The notes under the pieces: generated by a model
What the model was told of the DNA's origin: nothing
Database searches by the model: none
The model's input: the letters and a program-made list of their open reading frames with translations, nothing else
Shown: positions 56,219-64,000 of the stretch, one piece after another
Position numbering within the stretch: position 1 is the first letter of the stretch
How the letters are laid out: every line of letters starts with the position of its first letter
Made by a program: the position numbers and the translations under genes
From: Pedobacter sp.
GTDB taxonomy: Bacteria; Bacteroidota; Bacteroidia; Sphingobacteriales; Sphingobacteriaceae
Length of the DNA: 64,000 nucleotides
Direction of reading: 5' to 3'
NCBI GenBank assembly: GCA_038918115.1
Contig: JBCLAL010000008.1
Location: forward strand, 73,072-137,071

Positions 56219-56779
56219 ATGACACTCTTTAAATTTACCAAGAGCACCGTGGGACTGTGTCTTGTCCAGGTTTTTCTACTTGGATGCAGCAAGGAAGAAT
56301 ATCCTGCTGTAGATCTTTTCACCTGGAAGGCCAAAGTGGACGTGACCGATAAGGCAAAAATTTCGGTCAACGTCGAAAACAGCAGCGGCGCAGATGGCCA
56401 GGAAGGCTCCCTGAAAGTTGTTGACAATGATTTCAACTCAAAATTCCTGATCAATCCTCATCAGTCAGATTTCTACATGCAACTGTCCTTCCCTGCCGCA
56501 CAACAGGTAGCATCTTACACCTTGACCTCGGGAAATGATGCACCGGGAAGAGACCCTAAGGATTGGAAATTCAGCGGTTCGATGGATGGCAATACTTGGG
56601 TTGATCTGGACGAAAGAACCGGAGAAACCTTTTCGGGACGCAATGTCACAAAGACTTATAGTTTCCAGAATATCGTGCCCTACAACCATTACAGGATCAG
56701 CATCTCTGCGATAGGTAGTGGAACGCTGTTTCAGTTGTCTGAATGGCGGGTAATCGAAGTGCCAGCGGAACAGCAATAA
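56219..56779 (+). CDS. Discoidin (F5/8 type C, CBM32-like) domain lipoprotein
   Basis: Lipobox LLGC; YTLTSGNDAPGRDPKDW.F.GS.DG..W..LD motif. Confidence 0.82.
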   Translation: MTLFKFTKSTVGLCLVQVFLLGCSKEEYPAVDLFTWKAKVDVTDKAKISVNVENSSGADGQEGSLKVVDNDFNSKFLINPHQSDFYMQLSFPAAQQVASYTLTSGNDAPGRDPKDWKFSGSMDGNTWVDLDERTGETFSGRNVTKTYSFQNIVPYNHYRISISAIGSGTLFQLSEWRVIEVPAEQQ

Positions 56780-56815
56780 TATTTAAACAGCTAACCATTT
56801 GATTTAACTAATAAT

Positions 56816-59800
56816 ATGAAGAAAATTATACAATTAATTGACCACAAGCTTAAACGCTATGGGCTAAATGCGCTGGCACTGACAATAGTTCCCTATTGTT
56901 TTTCAATGCCTTCAGCAAATGCCGCAAGCATAGATATTCATAGCTCATCCTGGGTTTACCAAGCTAAAGCAGATATAACCATCCGTGGTTTAATTAAAGA
57001 TGAATCAGGTTTACCATTACCGGGCGCAGGTGTACGGGTAAAAGGCAGTTCGATCACGACTGCTACCGACACTAACGGCGCATTTACCATCACCGTACCT
57101 GATCAAAACGCAGTTTTGCTGGTTACCTATGTGGGGTATGATGTGCAGGAAATTACTGTCGGTACACAAAAAGTACTGGATATACGCTTGAAAGAATCTC
57201 AAGGTTCCGATTTACAGGAGATTGCCATTGTGGGTTTTGGAACGCAAAAAAAAGAAAGCCTTGTGGGTGCTCAGTCTTCTGTTAAGGCCTCTGAACTGAG
57301 ACAACCAGTTTCCAGTATGAGTCAGTTGTTGGCCGGACGTATTCCTGGAGTACTCAACGTGTCCAGAAATGGAGAGCCGGGCGCAACGGGATCGGATATC
57401 TTTATTCGTGGTATATCCTCACTCAATTCAAATGACCGCGGACCACTGGTAATCATTGATGGGGTTCCGAACCGTAGTCTGAATGACATCAGCGTGTACG
57501 ATGTAGAAAATTTCACCGTGTTAAAGGATGCTGCTGCCACAGCGGTTTATGGTATACGTGGTGCAAATGGTGTAATCCTGATTAATACCAAACAAGGGGT
57601 TACAGGTGCGCCGAGAATCAACGTAGAGTACTATGAAGGGATTAGTAGTTTTACCAAAAAGCCGGAATTGATTGATGGGGTTGATTATATGAACCTGGCC
57701 AATGAAGCCAAATACTCTGATTACCTGAGGGGCGGGGCCGCTGGTGCATTTTCACCGGCATATTCAATTGATGCAATTGAAAGAACTGCAGCGGGAACGG
57801 ATCCTATCCTTTATCCAAATGTAAATTGGTTCGATGCGATCTACAATGATTTTGGCAGGAACCGGTCGGCCACTGCAAACCTTTCCGGAGGGGTGACTAA
57901 TGCGAGATATTATGTGTCATTGGGGTATTATAGTGAGGATGGATTATTCAAAACCGACGACGCGGTAAATGATGCTGCGAAACAGAGCTTCAAACGCTAC
58001 AACGTAAGTACCAACTTAAACTGGGATATCACCGGTACTACCAAATTAGATTTAGGCATAAAGGGCATTCTTTCACAAACAAGCTATCCAAGTAACCTGC
58101 TTGCCCAGGATATATTTAATCAAGCCTTTTTAATTAACCCCACTTCCTTTCCGATACTTTATCCGAATGGTAGCCTGCCGGGGATTAGTCCACAGGCTGA
58201 TCAGCGAAATCCATATGGTGATGTTACGAGAAATGGCTACAGGATAGGTTATGCTAATCAATTGTATTCCAATCTTCGTTTAACACAAGATCTGAAAGCA
58301 TTAACACCAGGGTTATCAGCAACAACAATGTTCTCCTTTGATGTTAACAACAATAACTCCATTTACAGAACAAAAAGAGAAAGTTTGTATAGGATCAGTC
58401 CCAACGATCCTTACATCGTGCCAGGAGATCCAACTTCGGGCTATAAATACGGTTTGATTTTACAAGGCCAGGAATTTTTAAATTATGCCACCACAAACGG
58501 CGGTGACAAGAAAATGTATTTTGAAGCAGCCATTAACTATAACCGCACATTTGGCAAACACGCGGTTACAGGGTTGGTATTGTACAATCAGAATGACAAT
58601 ACTACCCCATTTGCAGGCAACCTTACGCTTTCTATCCCATATCGTTTACAAGGCGTTGCCAGCCGTGCAACCTATGCGTATGACAACCGTTACTTTTTTG
58701 AGGCTAATGTGGGTTATAATGGTTCAGAAAACTTTGCTCCAGAAAAACGCTATGGCTTTTTCCCGGCATTTGGGATAGGATGGTTGCTGTCCAATGAGAA
58801 ATTTTTCGAACCCTTAAAAAATGCTATTCAAATGGTAAAATTCCGTTACTCCGATGGTATTGTGGGTAGCGGGGGCAGCGGCTCGGGGTATGTGGGCAAC
58901 GAGAGTGAGCGGTTCTACTATCTGACGAAAGTGGGAAGTGCAAGTGGCTATACTTTTGGTCAGAACGGAGATATTTCACCCGGCGGATTGGGTGTAACGG
59001 CCTACGGAGTAGATGTAACCTGGGCACAAACGCGCAAGCAGGATTTGGGCTTTGAATTGAAAACCTTAAACAACAACTTCTCTTTGATTGTAGACTTTTA
59101 TAAAGAACGCAGGAAAAATCAATTCATCACACGTGGGACTGTACCGAATTACGGAGGACTGGCCAATACGCCGATTGGGAACCTAGGGATCGTTGAAAAT
59201 AAAGGTATTGATGGAACTATCCAGTATGATGCTCAGCTGGGAACAGAATGGTCGCTTAACTTAAGGGCCAATCTTACTTTCAATAAAGATAAAGTGGTTG
59301 AAAATGACCAGGCACCGCAAGCTTATCCTTGGATGGAGCTCCGGGGAACCAATGTGCTTGCTGCCACACGTGTAGGTTATATTGCAGAGAAACTGTTTGA
59401 CAGCCAGGAGGAAATTAATGCAAGTCCAGCACAGTTTGGTACACTGATGCCAGGAGATATCAAATACAAAGATTTAAATGGTGATGGCCGTATTGACTCG
59501 TTTGACCGCACTGTCATCGGCAGGGGTGATATGCCGAGTACAACCTACGGCTTCGGCTTCTCGTTAGGCTATAAAAACTTTGATTTTGGACTGTTCTTCC
59601 AAGGGCAGCATAATGCAGATATCCAATTGAATATCCCATCATTTGCTAATTCGGGCGGTTTAGGAAATATGCTTGCGGTAGCAGCAGATCGTTGGACACC
59701 CACAAACCCTAGCCAGGATGTAGTGTATCCGCGGTTATCGTATGGTGGCACCAATAACAATAACTACCAGGCGAGTACCTGGTGGCAGCGCGACATCAGT

Positions 59801-60010
59801 TTTCTTAGATTGAAAAACGCTGATTTGGGATACACACTTAAAGAAGGTATCAAATCAATTGGTGTAAAGCGCTTGAGAATCTATGCAATGGGATACAATG
59901 TGTTTACGATCAGCAAGTTTAAACTTTGGGATCCTGAAGTTGGAACTAACAACGGTACAAGGTATCCATTAACCTCTAATTACTCTTTAGGCCTCACAGC
60001 CAATTTTTAA
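56816..60010 (+). CDS. SusC/RagA family TonB-dependent outer-membrane transporter
   Basis: CarboxypepD-like N-terminus, VVGFGTQKK, PLVIIDG, LKDAAATAVYG.RGANGVILI.TK plug, YGSENF, C-terminal YP....Y.LGL..NF. Confidence 0.96.
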   Translation: MKKIIQLIDHKLKRYGLNALALTIVPYCFSMPSANAASIDIHSSSWVYQAKADITIRGLIKDESGLPLPGAGVRVKGSSITTATDTNGAFTITVPDQNAVLLVTYVGYDVQEITVGTQKVLDIRLKESQGSDLQEIAIVGFGTQKKESLVGAQSSVKASELRQPVSSMSQLLAGRIPGVLNVSRNGEPGATGSDIFIRGISSLNSNDRGPLVIIDGVPNRSLNDISVYDVENFTVLKDAAATAVYGIRGANGVILINTKQGVTGAPRINVEYYEGISSFTKKPELIDGVDYMNLANEAKYSDYLRGGAAGAFSPAYSIDAIERTAAGTDPILYPNVNWFDAIYNDFGRNRSATANLSGGVTNARYYVSLGYYSEDGLFKTDDAVNDAAKQSFKRYNVSTNLNWDITGTTKLDLGIKGILSQTSYPSNLLAQDIFNQAFLINPTSFPILYPNGSLPGISPQADQRNPYGDVTRNGYRIGYANQLYSNLRLTQDLKALTPGLSATTMFSFDVNNNNSIYRTKRESLYRISPNDPYIVPGDPTSGYKYGLILQGQEFLNYATTNGGDKKMYFEAAINYNRTFGKHAVTGLVLYNQNDNTTPFAGNLTLSIPYRLQGVASRATYAYDNRYFFEANVGYNGSENFAPEKRYGFFPAFGIGWLLSNEKFFEPLKNAIQMVKFRYSDGIVGSGGSGSGYVGNESERFYYLTKVGSASGYTFGQNGDISPGGLGVTAYGVDVTWAQTRKQDLGFELKTLNNNFSLIVDFYKERRKNQFITRGTVPNYGGLANTPIGNLGIVENKGIDGTIQYDAQLGTEWSLNLRANLTFNKDKVVENDQAPQAYPWMELRGTNVLAATRVGYIAEKLFDSQEEINASPAQFGTLMPGDIKYKDLNGDGRIDSFDRTVIGRGDMPSTTYGFGFSLGYKNFDFGLFFQGQHNADIQLNIPSFANSGGLGNMLAVAADRWTPTNPSQDVVYPRLSYGGTNNNNYQASTWWQRDISFLRLKNADLGYTLKEGIKSIGVKRLRIYAMGYNVFTISKFKLWDPEVGTNNGTRYPLTSNYSLGLTANF

Positions 60011-60020
60011 TACAAACAAC

Positions 60021-61853
60021 ATGAAAAAAATACTCTTATATACAGGTTGCCTATTGCTCTTAGTGAGTAATTATAGCTGCAAAAAATACTTGGATCAGGT
60101 GCCCGATGATAGATTGACCTTTCAGCAGCTATATGAAAAAAAGGCGACAGTAGATCAGGCCTTGGCCAACGTGTACAGCACCTTGCCAAACCAGGTGATG
60201 GACCGTGATGCAAGTGCAACGGGAAATATCGGACCATGGACAGCGGCTTCTGATGAAGCGGATTACACCTTGCCAAATTTTTCAGAAAGTGTAAACAGTG
60301 GTGCCTGGGACGCTACTAGCGGGTCGGTAAATTACCACTGGCAAGCCTACTACCGGGGCATACAAGCAGCAAGTACGTTTATGGCGAATGTGAACAGGTG
60401 TACCGACTGCAATATTGGTGGCACAGACCTGGTGACACGCTATTATAATGAGGCAAAAGCGCTACGAGCCATCTATTACTACTATTTAATCAGGCAATTT
60501 GGTCCTGTAGTACTGTTAGGCAATGATCCGGTTCAGTCAGACGCACCGCTTTCGGAAATTAGTAAAGCCCGCAGTTCGATGGACGAATGTGTAGACTATA
60601 TTGTAGCCGAGCTAGATGCAGCATCTTTAGCACTCCCTGCTACACCACAGGCAAATGAAGACTATGGGCACATTACCAGTTCGGTGGCAGATGCGTACAA
60701 AATCCGAACCTTAGTCACTGCTGCGCGCCCTTTATTTAACGGCAATACCGATTATGCTTCCTTAAAAAACCAGGACGGAAAACAACTGATTAATCAAGTC
60801 GCGAGTGTAGAGAAATGGAATAAAGTTGTTGCCGCTACTAAAGCATTTTTAACCAAGCCAGAGTATGCCAGCTATGCGCTGTATTCAGTGTCTGCTACAC
60901 CTTCTGGCTTAACGAACACGCCATTTAACCGGGCATTTATAGCTACCAGAGACGTATTTTTAAATGGCTACAACTCAGAAATCATCTTTGGAAGAGGTGG
61001 CGATGTTACCTTCTACCAGTACTCGCTGGCACCTAATCACAATGGTGCTTCCGGTGGAGATAAGGGCGGATCATTTTTATCACCTTCCCAACAATTGGTT
61101 GATGCTTTTTTTACGGCCAACGGGTTGCCTATAGACAATGACCCAAGTTATACGGCACTGGGCACGTCAGCCTATCAGGCACCAGATCCTAACGACCAAA
61201 ACGCAAAGCGCGAGATCAGTAACATGTATGTTAACCGCGAACCAAGGTTTTATGCAAACATCACCTATACTGGTCGCAAATGGATCAACCCGCAATCTAA
61301 TATCATCACAGATTTCACTTTCAATGGCAATGCAGGTAGAGGTGCGATTGCTAATAATGATTACTCTAAAACCGGTTATACCTCAAGGAAACACCTGACG
61401 GTAGCTGGTTGGACTTCTGGTAGGCCGATCTTTGCGGTCATCAGACTGGCTGAGATTTACCTTGATTATATCGAAGCTTTACAGGAAACAAACCCCTCGG
61501 ATCCAGACATCCTGGTGTATTTAAACAGGATCCGCAACAGGGCAGGTATAGCGCCTTATGGAAGCGGAGCCGACGCAATTGCCATCCCCGGGGACATGCG
61601 TGATGCTATTCGCAGGGAACGACGTGTGGAGCTGGCCTTTGAAATGGACCGGTATTTTTATACCAGAGAATGGAAAATAGCGGAAGCTACAGATACACAA
61701 ATTCGGGGTCTGAACATCAGTCAGAATGCGCCTGGGTTTTATACCCCGGTTGTAACCGAGAATCGCGTGTTTCAAAAGAAACACTACCTATGGCCAATAC
61801 CATATGGAGAAATACAAAAAGTTCCGGTTATTGTACAAAATACAGGCTGGTAA
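60021..61853 (+). CDS. SusD/RagB family lipoprotein
   Basis: Lipobox YSC.KYLD..P, EA..LRA.YY..L...FG.V, RLAEIYLDY.EA, IRRERRVELAFE. Confidence 0.96.
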   Translation: MKKILLYTGCLLLLVSNYSCKKYLDQVPDDRLTFQQLYEKKATVDQALANVYSTLPNQVMDRDASATGNIGPWTAASDEADYTLPNFSESVNSGAWDATSGSVNYHWQAYYRGIQAASTFMANVNRCTDCNIGGTDLVTRYYNEAKALRAIYYYYLIRQFGPVVLLGNDPVQSDAPLSEISKARSSMDECVDYIVAELDAASLALPATPQANEDYGHITSSVADAYKIRTLVTAARPLFNGNTDYASLKNQDGKQLINQVASVEKWNKVVAATKAFLTKPEYASYALYSVSATPSGLTNTPFNRAFIATRDVFLNGYNSEIIFGRGGDVTFYQYSLAPNHNGASGGDKGGSFLSPSQQLVDAFFTANGLPIDNDPSYTALGTSAYQAPDPNDQNAKREISNMYVNREPRFYANITYTGRKWINPQSNIITDFTFNGNAGRGAIANNDYSKTGYTSRKHLTVAGWTSGRPIFAVIRLAEIYLDYIEALQETNPSDPDILVYLNRIRNRAGIAPYGSGADAIAIPGDMRDAIRRERRVELAFEMDRYFYTREWKIAEATDTQIRGLNISQNAPGFYTPVVTENRVFQKKHYLWPIPYGEIQKVPVIVQNTGW

Positions 61854-61863
61854 TTTAATCCTA

Positions 61864-61900
61864 AGCGGCCGTTCACTGAAAGATGAACGGCCGCTGTATT
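61864..61900 (+). terminator. Terminator after susD
   Basis: AGCGGCCGTTCA-loop-TGAACGGCCGCT 12-bp stem followed by GTATTT. Confidence 0.8.
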
Positions 61901-62090
61901 TAACATTTCATTCTATGAGACTAGCAATCATCTGTCTTTCGCCAGAAGAAAAGCTACACCAAAAGATATAAATATATACAGACATCAATTTGTGTGTACT
62001 ACAAGTATCACGTACTATGCAGATACCTTGTTGAAATTCAATTTTAATCGCGAGTATATAGAGTAACTAGCTTGAATCCTGACACACATC

Positions 62091-63011
62091 TTAAAAACCA
62101 CTAATAGTTAGTGGAATGTAATAATGAGCGCTCATGTTATGTGTTTTGTTTGTATAAACAACTCCAAAAAAATACTCTCCATTCGCCCATGCTTTTTCAC
62201 CATCAATTCTACTTGCAGGAGTATTGTTGTCGAGAGATGCTCCAATTGTGAATTCTTTTGGACTGAAGTCGGGTAAGCCGACATAATTGGTGAAGGTTTC
62301 TATGGCTGTCAGATCAGTGTGCCCTCTAAAGTCAGTTACAATAACCTTTGTGAAGTCTATTTTGTCAACAGATTCAGGTAGATGTCCTGCACTTTTCTTA
62401 ATTAAAAGGGTATACATTATCCCCTGATCCTTCACCTTGCTAACATCAACGAAAGCTCTCAGCCTTTCGTTTTTGGCATAGCCTTTATCATCTCCTAGCA
62501 TGAATCCGCGGTTGAGTATATAAACGAAGCCTTTGTCAACTTTCTCCAGCATCAAGGAATACATTTCTGGATTGACGGGAAGAGTTTCCGCACTAACAAG
62601 TGTTATGTTGTGCTTTTCTACTTTAGTTAGACCGTTTTCATCTTCGATTTCAATAATGAAATCATAGGATCCTACTGGCGCACCTTCAGGGATGGTAAAA
62701 TGTTTATGAACATTGGTATTCTTCAAACCTTTAAATTCGATCCAGGTAAGCTCAAAGGACCAATCTTTCGTATAGGTACTTTCGGGTCTTTGTTTAATCT
62801 GCACTTGAACAGTGTTGATCTTATTGCCGGCGGTCACATCCATATCTAAATGGAAGTCTCTTCCAATTACGCCTTGCCCATTGTTTCCAGAGCCGATTTC
62901 CAAATTTTCAATCATTGGCGAAGCAAGTTCGGCTTCAACCTTATCTTTTTTACAAGCCACGAAAGCGGAAGTAAAAAGAAGAATTAGTAGTAGTGTTTTA
63001 ATCGTCTTCAT
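62091..63011 (-). CDS. DUF4625-like lipoprotein
   Basis: MKTIK...FVAC lipobox (ATG 63011 preferred); G.DFHLD...NVHKHFTIPE.AP.G.Y motif recalled for DUF4625. Confidence 0.7.
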   Translation of the reverse strand: MKTIKTLLLILLFTSAFVACKKDKVEAELASPMIENLEIGSGNNGQGVIGRDFHLDMDVTAGNKINTVQVQIKQRPESTYTKDWSFELTWIEFKGLKNTNVHKHFTIPEGAPVGSYDFIIEIEDENGLTKVEKHNITLVSAETLPVNPEMYSLMLEKVDKGFVYILNRGFMLGDDKGYAKNERLRAFVDVSKVKDQGIMYTLLIKKSAGHLPESVDKIDFTKVIVTDFRGHTDLTAIETFTNYVGLPDFSPKEFTIGASLDNNTPASRIDGEKAWANGEYFFGVVYTNKTHNMSAHYYIPLTISGF

Positions 63012-63170
63012 TTCTTTAATTTTAGTACTCGAATCAATTTGATCTGTAGTTGTTATCAAGACAACCATTACCATAATAGGTACGCCATTCTGAATGGCCT
63101 AGGGAATTAGTAGAGGAATAGACGAAATCGCAAATGCGATTATAATTTTCATTTTCCAACCGTTGAAAAT

Positions 63171-64000
63171 CTACAGGCGTTTGACCTTCTGACCTGCAGC
63201 CTGAAGCATCAGATTATGTAACTCATAATTCCGAACAAAGGAATTCAACAATTCACTTCCTGGCCCAAACATGGCTAGTTCCACATAGTCTGCTGAATGG
63301 TCCATTGAACCCCAGCCCACCGAGGTATAAGCGGTTTGTAGCCGCGCAAGTTCCCGATAAGGCAAATTTCTGGGATTGTAAACTCCTTTTTCATCCAATG
63401 TCTGATAGTGCTTGAGTACCGTTGCGGCCTCATCCTTGGTGACAGCGTAGCCCTGTGCGTCTGCTATCTTATCAATGAGCGTTGATATGCTGGTATTTCT
63501 GTCTATTCCACTTAAGATCCATTCATTAGTATGCCTAAAGGTTTGAATCCTGTCGAAATTGTGGTTTGCTTTATTTCCATAGAATAAGCCTGGATTCGCA
63601 TTTCCATTGTCTGTTGTAATAACAACCAGCGTATGCTTGTTTTCTTCTGCAAAATCTAACACTACTTTAATTGCATCATCAAATGCGATCTGATCATAAA
63701 GAAGTGCTCCAATGTCATTTGCATGCGCCGCCCAGTCTACCTTTCCAGCCTCCACTTGCAGGACAAATCCTTTGGGGTTTTTACTGAGTTTTTCAATTGC
63801 TGTTGCAGTCATTTCCGAAAGCGTCGGTATACGCTCAACCAGGTTAGCATCATTCGCCTGGTCAAGGGTATATGGAAGTCCATCCTGGTGGAAAACTCCA
63901 AGCAGCTTTTTGTCAGTTTTCGCTGCATGCATAAGGTCCTTCTTGTTTTCTAGTACAGCATAGTTTGCATTACAATATCTTTCAAATACATCATCTTTGT
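63171..64000 (-). CDS. Alkaline phosphatase, C-terminal part (start lies beyond the window)
   Basis: Frame is open to the window end; GFVLQVEAGKVDWAAHAND, TL.VITTD, W.S.DHSADYV.L...GPG. Confidence 0.88.
   Translation of the reverse strand, partial: KDDVFERYCNANYAVLENKKDLMHAAKTDKKLLGVFHQDGLPYTLDQANDANLVERIPTLSEMTATAIEKLSKNPKGFVLQVEAGKVDWAAHANDIGALLYDQIAFDDAIKVVLDFAEENKHTLVVITTDNGNANPGLFYGNKANHNFDRIQTFRHTNEWILSGIDRNTSISTLIDKIADAQGYAVTKDEAATVLKHYQTLDEKGVYNPRNLPYRELARLQTAYTSVGWGSMDHSADYVELAMFGPGSELLNSFVRNYELHNLMLQAAGQKVKRL

Noticed and set aside
61897-62060. Open frame of about 55 codons after the susD terminator
   Set aside because: No start codon and no recognisable similarity.
1-64000. rRNA, tRNA, CRISPR arrays, transposases, integrases, prophage genes
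   Set aside because: None recognised by eye; a tRNAscan/Infernal run would be needed to fully exclude small RNAs.

Overview
Chromosomal window from a Bacteroidota bacterium, most likely Sphingobacteriaceae (Pedobacter-like). This is inferred from TAnnTTTG promoters, SusC/SusD, GldJ/PorV and gene content. Core genes: galM (partial), PQQ sugar dehydrogenase, metK with a SAM-II-type riboswitch, lipid kinase, SUI1, pckA, exbB-exbD-exbD-tonB-hyp-PstS-like-TPR-TPR, a full nuoA-N operon with a short NuoG, dedA-ppa-hlyC-rsmE-BCCP, gldJ/porV-ispF and typA. Accessory parts: a 500-bp-period tandem pair of XRE regulators; a 6-gene amidoligase/hydrolase cluster (two ATP-grasp-type ligases, a YbdK/GCS2 ligase, a class I glutamine amidotransferase, two esterases); a 48.7-55.7 kb patch of lipoprotein/secreted genes with attC-like remnants; a CAZyme-free SusC/SusD locus; a DUF4625-like lipoprotein; and a partial alkaline phosphatase. 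Best candidate for an undescribed system: the amidoligase/hydrolase cluster. Both of its divergent arms carry a fixed-spacing (A/C)AAC-N15-TTGT motif that also precedes three other stress-type genes in the window, suggesting an alternative-sigma general-stress regulon that makes and recycles an unknown peptide or amide. No rRNA, tRNA, CRISPR array, integrase or transposase was recognised. All family assignments come from motif recognition by eye; no database searches were run.
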